From the NCBI GenBank assembly GCA_051746405.1, contig JBNJFB010000044.1, positions 1 through 20,109 of the forward strand: a DNA stretch of 20,109 bases, in the 5' to 3' direction. The notes beneath the pieces were generated by a model, which saw only the letters and a program-made list of their open reading frames with translations, searched no databases and was not told the DNA's origin. The number at the start of each line of letters is the position of its first letter. Within the stretch, counting starts at the first letter, position 1. This document shows, one piece after another, positions 1 through 9,043 of this stretch. A program made the translations under genes and the position numbers. The stretch comes from Campylobacterota bacterium. Its GTDB lineage: Bacteria; Campylobacterota; Campylobacteria; Campylobacterales; Arcobacteraceae.

Positions 1-94
1 ATATAAGTAGGCACTACAATTTTAGTGAAATACTATTTTACTTTATTTTAGGGATTTGTAAAATGTCAGTGTAGTGCTAATGTCCTAAGTCGGG
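1..94. mobile_element. Probable insertion-sequence terminus (IS1634-like end) interrupting herA
   Basis: The herA frame stops abruptly (DTFF-PDLGH*) on entering this segment. The minus strand reads CCCGACTTAGGACATTAGCACTACA from 94, resembling my recollection of IS1634-family ends (not searched). An internal 8-bp inverted repeat is present (GCACTACA 11-18 / TGTAGTGC 70-77). No transposase lies in the window. Confidence 0.45.
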
Positions 95-784
95 AAAAAA
101 TGTATCTTCATCATTTGCACCGAACTTCACTGTTTTTACATTCTCTAACTCATAAAAGTTTTCATACTCTCCAGTAGCATCAATTAGAATTGCTTTTGAT
201 TTATTTAAGTGCAAAAACTCTTCAAGTATCCTTGATATCGTATAACTTTTGCCTCCTCCAGTTGTACCAACAATCGCACAATGTCGTCCAAAAAGTTGAT
301 TAGGATTTAAAGGAAGGTCAGTTTCCAAACCATTAGTAAGCTTGGCTATATCAAAAGATACACTACCATTAGAGTTGTCACTTACAAATAATGTTTTAAT
401 TAAATCTGCTGAACATAAATATACTTTAGAGCCAACTGCCGGGTATTTATCAAGCCCTTTATCTATTTTTGTCGAATAATAATTAAATGATAATAATAAT
501 TCTATTTTTCCCTGAGGATGAAAACTTGAATCATAAAAAGCATGTTCTCCCAGAAAATTTTGTTCTTTTTCAGATAAAGATACTTCCTGTAATTTTCCTA
601 AAAAACCAAAGTTTTCACCCTCAACTACAACATAATTACCAACAATTCCACCAGACAATTCATCCTCATAGTGCCAAAATTTTTTCAAGAGAGTAGGTGT
701 CGGAAAATGAATATTAGAAAAGTTTGGTGTTACTTTCGAAATATATCCTACAAATTTATCATTAACAAAAATATGCTTATTCAT
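77..784 (-). pseudogene. herA: HerA-like ATPase of a Sir2-HerA defence pair, 3'-truncated (N-terminal HAS-barrel-like region plus Walker A only)
   Basis: HCAIVGTTGGGKS Walker A followed by LIDATGEY, and an N-terminal beta-barrel-like region ending YPAVGSKVY. Only 235 aa, with no Walker B half. The start overlaps the sir2 stop (TAATG at 786-782). Confidence 0.85.
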
Positions 785-1983
785 TATGAGTTACCATTAA
801 AATCTAAATATTGACTAGAAGGTAAGTTTGTTACAAAATCTTTAAAAAACTCACCTATGATTAATACTTGACTACTTCTTTTTGATAATTCGAACAGCTT
901 TTTAAAATTTTCATTTATATCAGGATTAATAAACGGTTCTATAATCACAATATTTAAACTTGGATTTTGATTTAAAGATTCATTAGTCATAGTGAAAATA
1001 TGTTTATCAGCAAAACTAAATCCTATTACAATTAAAGTAGTAGTTCCTCCTTTTCTTAGTTCACTTTGAAATCTACTCATCATTTCAAAATAAGGCTGCT
1101 CATAAGATGATTCATATTTGTTACTATTCGGATATATCATCATAGCCTTAGATGGTTTATCAATTTGAAAAATTTCATTGCTTTGTTTTTCCCAATTTAC
1201 TGATCCATGTAATTTATATAAGTGAAATACATTGTTAGCAAAATTTTCAGTAGATGAAGTACGACTATTTTCTCTAATAACAATATCATAATCAAAATAT
1301 TTACCACTGAATTTTCTAGGCTGAGTAAATGAAAAACCATCAATAATTACATATCCACCTTCTGCACCAGCTTCTTCAAATGCTCTGTCATAGTTAGTTG
1401 TAAATATTTTTAATCTTGATTGTTTTGTTTTGCTACTTGTAAGTTTTTTGATAAATTCTAAGTGTATTGATTTATCTATTAACGAAAAACTACATTGACT
1501 TAAAATAGCTTCTTCTATTGTATCTACATGAAAAGTAATACTACTGTCTTCTTTAAATTCTAAATACAGCTTTGCCTTAGATAATACAATTTCTAAATCT
1601 TTTTTAGTTCTAATATCCGCTTCAATGTCTAATGTGTCCAGAAAACTATTAAAATTAAAATCTGGCTTGACTAGTGTATCAATAAAATCCCATAATTCAG
1701 TCATTAATTTACCACCAAAAACATCATCTTTTGAACTACCAGCACCAGTCAGAACAAGGAGCCTATCAGCAGATACTAATTTTTCAAGAGATTTAATATA
1801 ATAATTTTGAGTTAGTTCTAAAGCTTTCGCTACTAATCTATCTTCAGGCATACTAGTAGATAGTTTATATTCAATAGTTTCTTCGCCTTGTTTTTCTTTA
1901 AGTATAGTTCCATTTATTCTTAATTCATCTTCAATAATTTCTATATGTTTACTCTTTGTACTTAAAAATATTTTATCATTCAT
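784..1983 (-). CDS. SIR2-family protein (putative NADase effector of Sir2-HerA anti-phage system)
   Basis: Motifs LTGAGSS, FTTNYD, KLHGS and IGFSFAD. RBS-like AAAAGG upstream. Translationally coupled to the herA-like gene. Confidence 0.9.
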   Translation of the reverse strand: MNDKIFLSTKSKHIEIIEDELRINGTILKEKQGEETIEYKLSTSMPEDRLVAKALELTQNYYIKSLEKLVSADRLLVLTGAGSSKDDVFGGKLMTELWDFIDTLVKPDFNFNSFLDTLDIEADIRTKKDLEIVLSKAKLYLEFKEDSSITFHVDTIEEAILSQCSFSLIDKSIHLEFIKKLTSSKTKQSRLKIFTTNYDRAFEEAGAEGGYVIIDGFSFTQPRKFSGKYFDYDIVIRENSRTSSTENFANNVFHLYKLHGSVNWEKQSNEIFQIDKPSKAMMIYPNSNKYESSYEQPYFEMMSRFQSELRKGGTTTLIVIGFSFADKHIFTMTNESLNQNPSLNIVIIEPFINPDINENFKKLFELSKRSSQVLIIGEFFKDFVTNLPSSQYLDFNGNS

Positions 1984-2009
1984 TTTCTACCTTTTATTTT
2001 TTATATCTT

Positions 2010-2130
2010 TAACCATCATATTTTTGTCCTAATCAAGGCGAAGATTGAATTTTTACGCGGAGTGTACAATAAGTACATGAGCATTAAAATTCAAGATTCA
2101 ACACAGAGTTGGGCAAAAAGATGATGGTTA
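2010..2130. repeat. 121-bp palindromic ERIC-like/MITE-like intergenic element
   Basis: Nested inverted repeats: TAACCATCATATTTTTGTCC / GGGCAAAAAGATGATGGTTA at the ends, TTGAATTTT / AAAATTCAA inside, and GTAC-AATAA-GTAC at the apex. TA at both ends. Core words AAGGCG, GGAG..TAC..TAAGTA..TGA and CAAC.CA occur in the same order as in ERIC elements. Confidence 0.7.
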
Positions 2131-2133
2131 GAC

Positions 2134-3012
2134 TCATTTTTCCAACCTACTCAAAAGATCAAAACTTCTCACATCCATCTTAGAAAATCCAAACCACTTT
2201 TTACCCAAATCTTTTAAACTAGCTCCAATATGATAAACCTCTTTATCATCAATTATCAAAAACCTATCGTGGGAGTTTTCAAACTTTTTTATCTCTATAG
2301 GTTTATACTGAGAGTTGTATTTTTTAAGGTCTAGGCTTAATTGTTTTGAGATAGTCTTTGTGTATATAGTCACTTCTATATTTTGATTTTTAGAAAATAG
2401 TGTTAGGACACTATCATCGCAATAGTTATCTATAAGTATTATCTTACTTTTTGCACTTCTTATTAAATCTGATACAAAACTATAGGCATCAAACATTTGA
2501 CCATCGTAAAATATTCCTTGTTTTGGTTTGATGGTTTTATCTTCTAGGGCGTCAAAAAGTTTTTCAAACTTTTCATCTGTTTTTATCTCATAAGATATTT
2601 GTCTTTTCTCTACAAGCTCTAGTCGTTTAAACATATCTGCATTTTGAGTAAGAAAGTTTCGCATTTTTACAAAGCTGTTTATGATCTGTATACTCGTTTT
2701 TACAGCTGTTTCACTTCGTAAGACTGCTGAGAGCATCGACACACCTTGTTCTGTAAAAGCATAAGGCAAAGAAGTGGCGTGTTTAAGTGGTTTGAACCGG
2801 TCGCAATTTGCGACCAGTTCATTTTTTTCATCTTCATTTAGTTGAAATCTAAACTCTTTTGGAAACCTTTCTATATTTCTTTTTACTTGCTCGTTAAGTC
2901 TTTTTGGTTCTACACCATACAACTCTGCCAAATCCCTATCTAGCATCACCTGCATATCTCTAACTGTAAAGATTTTTTGATCAATACTTTCATTTACTGT
3001 TATTTCATTCAT
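2134..3012 (-). CDS. ORF6N (KilA-N-like) DNA-binding domain protein with C-terminal PLD-like domain
   Basis: N-terminal QVMLDRDLAELYGVE..RLNEQVKRNIERFP..F.FQL and PYAFTEQGVSMLSAVLRS are typical of ORF6N. C-terminal IILIDNY and HDRFLIID..YHIGASLKD resemble a PLD-like fold. ATGA overlap with the sbcC stop. Confidence 0.85.
   Translation of the reverse strand: MNEITVNESIDQKIFTVRDMQVMLDRDLAELYGVEPKRLNEQVKRNIERFPKEFRFQLNEDEKNELVANCDRFKPLKHATSLPYAFTEQGVSMLSAVLRSETAVKTSIQIINSFVKMRNFLTQNADMFKRLELVEKRQISYEIKTDEKFEKLFDALEDKTIKPKQGIFYDGQMFDAYSFVSDLIRSAKSKIILIDNYCDDSVLTLFSKNQNIEVTIYTKTISKQLSLDLKKYNSQYKPIEIKKFENSHDRFLIIDDKEVYHIGASLKDLGKKWFGFSKMDVRSFDLLSRLEK
2794..2820. repeat. 27-bp near-perfect GC-rich palindrome inside the ORF6N gene
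   Basis: GAAC-C-GGTCGCAA-T-TTGCGACC-A-GTTC: perfect 8-bp inner arms, one mismatch, then 4-bp outer arms. Confidence 0.85.
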
Positions 3013-6000
3013 GACAACTCCAACCCACTAGTCCCATCACCCTTAGGCTCAACCTTTATCTGCAATGGAATTCTCTCTTTTAGTGCTTCCACATGGGAAA
3101 TCACACCTACCATCTTTCCTGAACTTTGTAGTTGGTTTAGTGCGTTTAGTGCCAGTTCTAGGCTATGGCTATCTAGTGTTCCAAACCCTTCATCCAAAAA
3201 AAGTGAGTCTATACTTATCTTTTGGCTTGCTAGGCTTGATAGTCCTAAGGCTAAGGATAGACTTACTATAAAACTTTCTCCTCCTGATAGTGTGTTTACA
3301 CCTCTTACTGCATCTCCTTGGAAGCCATCAATTATCTCTATGTCTAAGAGTTTATTTGAGTCTAGCCCTCTTTGCAGTTCATATCTTGGGCTTAGTATTT
3401 CTAGATGTTTGTTTGCTAGGTAGATTAGTTGATCTAAGGTTATACCTTGGGCAAATTTAGCGAACTTGTCCCCTTGGCTTGAGCCTATCATATCATTTAG
3501 TTTTACCCATACTTTTGAAGCTTCTTTTTTCTTTTCAAGTTGTTTTATTTTCTCTTTGTGTTTATTTATATTTTGGGTATTTATCTCTAACTCTTTTGAG
3601 ATACTTCCTATGGTTTCTTGTAGTTGGTCTATTGTGCTTTGTAGGTTTTGTAACTCTTTGTTTATATCATCTTTGTTTTGATTTTTTGGGTTTATCTCTT
3701 TTTCTAAACTTTTGTGTTCATTTAGTTTTTTGTTTGTATCTATTTTTAGAGTTTGTGCTTGTGAGTATTTCTCTTCTATGTTTTTGCATAGATTTGTTAG
3801 GGTTTCAAACTCTTCTTTTGGTAGGTTTGCTTTTTCAAACTCTTCTTGAGAGTTGAAGCCATACTCTACTAAAGCTTTTTCAAACTTCTCTTTTATGAGC
3901 TCACAGTTTTGTTTATCATCTTCTTGTTTTTTGTTTAGTTGGGTTATCTGTTTTGATAGGGATTCATCTTTTGATTTTAGGCTTGAAAGATGGTTTTGTA
4001 ACCTATTATATTGCTTTGAAACAGTGTCCAAACTCTCTTGGATATTTTTCTCAAAAAGATCTAAATCTTCTATATCTAAGATATTTTTGCTTTGGGTTTG
4101 AAGCTTTGTTATCTCTTCTTTTAGTTTTGTTTGTTCCTCTTTTAGCTCTTTTATTGTATTTATACTTGTGTTTATCTGCTGCTGTTTTTGCACTTCTTTA
4201 TTTACAGATGCTTGTAGAGACTCTTTTTTTGCTTGTAAAGTCTCTTTTTGCTCTCTTAGAGTTACATACTCTTTTAGCTCATTTTCACATCTTAGAGTTT
4301 GCTCTTGTAGTGTGGCTTTTGAGTCTTGCCCTACTTTGAAATCATTTGTTTTAAAGTACTCTTCTATTTGCTCTTTTGTGCTTTTTTGTTTTTGTATTTC
4401 TAGGTTTGAGTTTTCAAGTTTTGAGCTAAGTTTAGCTAGGTTTATTTGAGATTTGTTTAGTTCACTATTTTGCTCTTGTAGATAACTTTCTTGCTGTCTT
4501 ATTTTGGCTAGTGTTTGAGTTATCTGTGTGTCTATATTTAAAGAGTGGTTTATATATGGATGCTCTTTTGAGCCACATAAAAAGCACTCTTGTCCATCTT
4601 TTAGTTTGGCTCTGTCTTGCTCATAGTTTTTGATAAGAAGCTCTTTTTCTCTTGTTTGTTTTAGTGAGTTTAGAGTTTCATTTATTTGGTTTATTAGTTT
4701 TGTTTTTTCTTGGTTTAGTTTTGTTTGGGATTCTATTTGTGTGTTGTACTCTTTTATTTTATTTTGCTCTTGTGTGATTTGCTCTTGTAGTATTTCATAA
4801 TCACTTAGGGCTTTTTGTAATGATTCTATCTCTTTTAGTTTTGCTCTTGTGTTTTGCTCTTTTTGGTTTATATCTTTTGTTTTGGTTTCTAGGGCTTTGT
4901 ATTGCTCTATTAGAGTCTCTAACTGCTCTTTTTTTGTGTCTAAATTTGTAAAGAAGTTTTTGTATAGATTGTCTATTTGTGTTTCGTCATTTAGTAGTGT
5001 TTCAAAAGCTATCTCAAAATGCTTTGCCAGCTCTTGTAGGTGTTGTGAGATTTTTTTGCATATTTGCTTGTATAGTTGGTTTTTACCATCACTTTGTGTT
5101 TTTATAGTTCTTAACTCTTTTAGTTTTTTATAGTTTTCGTTGTATGTTGTTTGCTCTTTTTCAAGGCTTTGTTTAGAGGTACTAAACTCTTGCTTTTTTA
5201 TTTGGATTTGTTCTTTTAACTCTTTGTCTTCTTTTTGCAAAGACTCTAAGATTTGTTTATCATTTTTGATTGTGTTTGTTAGTTGGTTTTTTTCTTGGTT
5301 TAGTGCTTGTACTCTTATGGCTTTGTTTGCAAGTTCAAGCTTTCTAAACTGCTCTTTATTCTCCTCTTTTTCTTTGCTTATTTTCTCGAACTCTTGATTG
5401 TATTTTTGGCTATCTACTTCTAGTTTTGCTAAGTTTTCTAGGTAGTTTGATAGTTTTTTTAGTTTGGTCTCTTTTTTATCTAGTTCTTGTTTTTCTTTTT
5501 TATTTGTTTCTAGTTGTTTTGTTTTTTCTTCTACTATTTCACTATCTAGAAGTTCTATACTTCCTAGTAGCATTTCATCAGCTTCTATCTCTTTTTTCTT
5601 GTTGGAATATGTCTCATAGATACTTTGTGAGATTTGTTTGTAGATATATGTTCCTGTTATCTTTTCAAGTAGGTTTGAGCGTTCGTTTTCTTTGGCTTTC
5701 AAAAAAGCATCAAAACTGCCTTGTGCTAACATCATAGACTGTATAAACCTATCAAAATCAAGCCCAGATATCTGTTGTATATACTTTGGGACTTCCCTTA
5801 GTTTTGATTCGATTACTCTATTTGTAGCTAAATCTGATATTTCCATTTTTGCTGTTTGGAAGTTGCCATCTGCTTTTTTTCTAGCTCTTTTTTGGCTCCA
5901 TGAACTTCTATAGAGTTTGCCTTTGATTTCAAACTCCACTTCACACAGACACTCACCTGTATGCCTACTCATTAGCTCATTTGGAGGTGTTGTAAGTCTT

Positions 6001-6173
6001 GGGGTTCTTCCATATAATGCACAAGTGATAATATCTAGTATGGTACTTTTTCCTGCACCTGTTGGTCCTGTAATAGCAAATAAAGACCCATCATTTAAAA
6101 ACTGCTCAAAGTCTATTTCAAACTCACCTTTTAGTGAGTTGATATTTAGTGATTTTACTTTTAGTATTTTCAT
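3009..6173 (-). CDS. sbcC: SbcC/Rad50-family SMC-like ATPase
   Basis: Walker A GPTGAGKST, Q-loop MLAQGSF, long coiled coil with central zinc hook CFLCGSKEHP, signature LSGGE, Walker B/D-loop LFLDEGFGTLD and H-loop VISH. Confidence 0.95.
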   Translation of the reverse strand: MKILKVKSLNINSLKGEFEIDFEQFLNDGSLFAITGPTGAGKSTILDIITCALYGRTPRLTTPPNELMSRHTGECLCEVEFEIKGKLYRSSWSQKRARKKADGNFQTAKMEISDLATNRVIESKLREVPKYIQQISGLDFDRFIQSMMLAQGSFDAFLKAKENERSNLLEKITGTYIYKQISQSIYETYSNKKKEIEADEMLLGSIELLDSEIVEEKTKQLETNKKEKQELDKKETKLKKLSNYLENLAKLEVDSQKYNQEFEKISKEKEENKEQFRKLELANKAIRVQALNQEKNQLTNTIKNDKQILESLQKEDKELKEQIQIKKQEFSTSKQSLEKEQTTYNENYKKLKELRTIKTQSDGKNQLYKQICKKISQHLQELAKHFEIAFETLLNDETQIDNLYKNFFTNLDTKKEQLETLIEQYKALETKTKDINQKEQNTRAKLKEIESLQKALSDYEILQEQITQEQNKIKEYNTQIESQTKLNQEKTKLINQINETLNSLKQTREKELLIKNYEQDRAKLKDGQECFLCGSKEHPYINHSLNIDTQITQTLAKIRQQESYLQEQNSELNKSQINLAKLSSKLENSNLEIQKQKSTKEQIEEYFKTNDFKVGQDSKATLQEQTLRCENELKEYVTLREQKETLQAKKESLQASVNKEVQKQQQINTSINTIKELKEEQTKLKEEITKLQTQSKNILDIEDLDLFEKNIQESLDTVSKQYNRLQNHLSSLKSKDESLSKQITQLNKKQEDDKQNCELIKEKFEKALVEYGFNSQEEFEKANLPKEEFETLTNLCKNIEEKYSQAQTLKIDTNKKLNEHKSLEKEINPKNQNKDDINKELQNLQSTIDQLQETIGSISKELEINTQNINKHKEKIKQLEKKKEASKVWVKLNDMIGSSQGDKFAKFAQGITLDQLIYLANKHLEILSPRYELQRGLDSNKLLDIEIIDGFQGDAVRGVNTLSGGESFIVSLSLALGLSSLASQKISIDSLFLDEGFGTLDSHSLELALNALNQLQSSGKMVGVISHVEALKERIPLQIKVEPKGDGTSGLELS

Positions 6174-7384
6174 TGGGCTTTTACCTCATCATTATCATAG
6201 ACTGATTGAACTGTTTTTTTAAACTTCTGCCTTAACTCTTCTTTGAACTGTTCATCACTAAGCTCTTCTAGTTCAAGTCTTTTTTCAAACACCTCATCAA
6301 CACTTAGCTCATCTAAACTTAAAGCTTTTAACTCTTTTGCTCTTAGTTGTTTTTCACTTTTTTCTATTTTCACAGCTAGGATTATTAAATCTAACTTTGT
6401 AGCTAACTCTCTTATTTGCGTATTTGCAAACATTGGGTTATCATCTTTTATATGAACTTCTATCCATGTTTTATTGCCTGTTTTATCTTCAATAGCTTTT
6501 AGCTCTTTTTTTATAGAAGTTGTATCACCTTTTAAAACTATTAGTTTTCGCATTTGTGGTATTTCCACCTCTTCTACTTCAACTGTTTTATCAAAATTTA
6601 CTATATTTACTTTTTGAGTATTGTTTGACTCACTAAAACTAAGTGGTATGGGTGAACCACTATATCTTACATGATTTGATGAAACTTTCTGATTGATATG
6701 AAGATGACCTAAAGCCACATAGTCAAACATACTAGCTAAATAATCCCCACCAATATCAAGTGTACCGCCTATATAGATATCTCTTTCACTTTGGCTTGTT
6801 CTACTTCCTACTGTCGTTAGATGACCTGTTGCTATGATAGGGATATCCTTATCTTCTTTGAGTTCTAAGGCTTTTTTGTATGTATTTTCATAATAGGCTT
6901 TAATACCACTGTTTGCTACCATCTGTTTTTGACTTACTGTTTCCCCTGATAGGGATTGTCTTATTACACTATCCCTTAAAAAAGGAACTGCACAAACAAC
7001 AGCTTGAAGTTCATCATCTTTTTTTATGGGTATTACTTCATTCTCACTTTCATCACCACTTGTGATAACTTGTACATTTAGTGCTTGAAGTAACTGCTTT
7101 GGTGCTTTTAGTGTTGCTATTGAGTCATGATTTCCTGCTGTTATGATTGTGGTATTCAAAGATTTTATTGTGGAGAGTTTTTTTAAAAAGTTGTAGTAAA
7201 GTTCTAGTGCATAATTAGGTGGAGTTCCTGTATCAAATATATCTCCTGCTACTATTAAAGTATCTATATTTTTTGTTTTTATAACCTCAATCAACCAAGA
7301 TAAAAAAGCTTTATGCTCTTCAATCCTGCTTTTTCCCATAAAGTTTTGACCTAAATGCCAATCTGATGTATGTAATAGTCTCAT
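6170..7384 (-). CDS. sbcD: SbcD/Mre11-family nuclease subunit
   Basis: Metallophosphoesterase motifs HTSDWHLG, AGDIFD, GNHD, DYVALGHLH and RYSGSP. ATGA overlap with sbcC. Confidence 0.95.
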   Translation of the reverse strand: MRLLHTSDWHLGQNFMGKSRIEEHKAFLSWLIEVIKTKNIDTLIVAGDIFDTGTPPNYALELYYNFLKKLSTIKSLNTTIITAGNHDSIATLKAPKQLLQALNVQVITSGDESENEVIPIKKDDELQAVVCAVPFLRDSVIRQSLSGETVSQKQMVANSGIKAYYENTYKKALELKEDKDIPIIATGHLTTVGSRTSQSERDIYIGGTLDIGGDYLASMFDYVALGHLHINQKVSSNHVRYSGSPIPLSFSESNNTQKVNIVNFDKTVEVEEVEIPQMRKLIVLKGDTTSIKKELKAIEDKTGNKTWIEVHIKDDNPMFANTQIRELATKLDLIILAVKIEKSEKQLRAKELKALSLDELSVDEVFEKRLELEELSDEQFKEELRQKFKKTVQSVYDNDEVKAQ

Positions 7385-7488
7385 AGTTTACCCAGCTTTT
7401 TATATGTTTGTTAAGTTTTTTATTAGCTTAAGTAATACTATCTAAAATAATTTTAACTTTTTATTAGTTTATAAATAAATAATTTTTT

Positions 7489-7875
7489 TTAAACTCCAAG
7501 TACTTTTTTCACAGCCATTACAATTTTCTTTTCACTAAAAGGCTTTACAACCCATCCTGCGATACCTATTTCTTTACCCTTTTGCTTCATTTCTGTTGAG
7601 TTTTCAGTTGTTAGTGCTAATATAGGCTTATTTTTAACACTTTCTGTGGATTTTAATTTTTTTGCAAGTTCCAAACCATTCATTTCAGGCATATTAATAT
7701 CTGAAAATAGTAAATCATAAGTAACTTTTCCACTTTGAACATCATCTAAAAGTTCCAATGGGTTTGAATAGTATTCAAATGTAATAGCTTTGCTTTCAAC
7801 CAACTCTTCCAATGCCATCTCAACACTTACTAAAATTGTTTTACTATCATCTACAAACATTACTTTTTTACTCAT
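7489..7875 (-). CDS. cheY: Single-domain response regulator, CheY-like
   Basis: 128-aa REC domain: FVDD, FSDINMPEMNG, LTTE and GWVVKPF. RBS AGGAG upstream. Divergent from the che operon. Confidence 0.85.
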   Translation of the reverse strand: MSKKVMFVDDSKTILVSVEMALEELVESKAITFEYYSNPLELLDDVQSGKVTYDLLFSDINMPEMNGLELAKKLKSTESVKNKPILALTTENSTEMKQKGKEIGIAGWVVKPFSEKKIVMAVKKVLGV

Positions 7876-7981
7876 TATATCTCCTAATATATTATAATTA
7901 TTTATTTTTAATATCTTATCTTAAATATCATTATGTTAAGTTAAAACATATTTTATAAAAATTATAAGTTGAAGGAATAAG
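7876..7981. promoter_or_regulatory. Divergent promoter region between cheY and the chemosensory operon
   Basis: A 106-bp very AT-rich gap between divergent starts. It has TATAAT-like hexamers (7893-7898 +; 7891-7896 and 7961-7966 -) and an RBS for each gene. Exact promoters cannot be assigned. Confidence 0.5.
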
Positions 7982-8941
7982 ATGGTTAATATTTTAATTG
8001 TTGATGATGAGTTGAATATTTTGGATATTGAAAAAAGAGTTGTAGAGAGATACTTTAAAAAAAATGATATTGAAAACTATGAAGTAGATACTGCATTAGA
8101 TGGTAAAATAGCTATTGAACTTATGAAAGCTAAAGATTATGACCTATTATTCTTAGACTATATGATGCCAAAATCAAATGGGCTAGATGTTTTAAAAAAC
8201 ATAAGAGTAGAAAACAATGACAAACATCAGCCTTTTATATGTATGGTAACAGCAATGGGTACACCTGAAAACCTAGCTATTTTCAAAAAAAATAAAGCAT
8301 CATCGTATGTATTAAAACCATTTGACATTAAAACAATAAACCTTATGCTTGATGCTTATATTAAACCAATAGTAGAAGAAAAAAGAAAGAGTTTAAAAGT
8401 AGATGAGTTTATTGACTTTGATGAGTTTGATGAGTTTGAAGAGCTTAATGATTTTGAAGTATCAAATGAAGAGAAAAACACTATCAATGAAAGTAACCTT
8501 AACCATAAGAAAATACCCGCATCAACATATTTAAAAGAGGTTGATAACTTAGAGTATATACTTGAAGATGTGAATGAAATCGATGAGATACTAACAGATA
8601 TAATAGAATCACTTGATGCACAAACACTTGAGATTTATAAAAAAGATATTAATACAGCATTGGATTTATATACTGTTTTTTTAAGAGGTCTTTATGATTT
8701 TGAGAATATTGCCAATACCTTAGAATTAACAAAAGATTTGATTAATGATATAGACATAGAAGAGTATAATGAAAAGAAAAGAAGATATATAATTGAAACA
8801 ATAAGAGCGATTTTAAATGATATTTCACAATGGAAAGATATAGTTTTTATAAAAAAAGATGCAGTTGATGTTTTTTATATTGTAGCATCAAATTATAATA
8901 GTTATTTGCAACTAAAAGATCTTATTCAAAAAACTGGATAA
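7982..8941 (+). CDS. Response regulator: REC + acidic DEF-rich linker + uncharacterised helical C-terminal domain
   Basis: Canonical REC (IVDDE, LFLDYMMP, MVTA, LKPF). Linker DEFIDFDEFDEFEELNDFE. C-terminal domain is similar to that of 18069..19091. RBS AAGGA. Confidence 0.85.
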   Translation: MVNILIVDDELNILDIEKRVVERYFKKNDIENYEVDTALDGKIAIELMKAKDYDLLFLDYMMPKSNGLDVLKNIRVENNDKHQPFICMVTAMGTPENLAIFKKNKASSYVLKPFDIKTINLMLDAYIKPIVEEKRKSLKVDEFIDFDEFDEFEELNDFEVSNEEKNTINESNLNHKKIPASTYLKEVDNLEYILEDVNEIDEILTDIIESLDAQTLEIYKKDINTALDLYTVFLRGLYDFENIANTLELTKDLINDIDIEEYNEKKRRYIIETIRAILNDISQWKDIVFIKKDAVDVFYIVASNYNSYLQLKDLIQKTG

Positions 8942-9043
8942 TATTGATGAATACTTAAGTTTGCATAAAACTATTTTTGTGTATATTAAATTTAATAAGA
9001 TTTTTATGTTGCAACTTGCTTAACTATCAAAAAGGGGATTACC

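Noticed and set aside
2977..6455. Many plus-strand ORFs of 68-148 aa opposite sbcC/sbcD
   Set aside because: Shadow ORFs rich in F/S/C/L, caused by the A-rich coiled-coil codons of sbcC. I saw no convincing RBS or protein motifs.
8942..9043. Sigma-54 or sigma-28 promoter, or operator (GTTGCAAC palindrome), upstream of the MCP
   Set aside because: No convincing GG-N10-GC or TAAA-N15-CGAT match. An 8-bp palindrome alone is insufficient.
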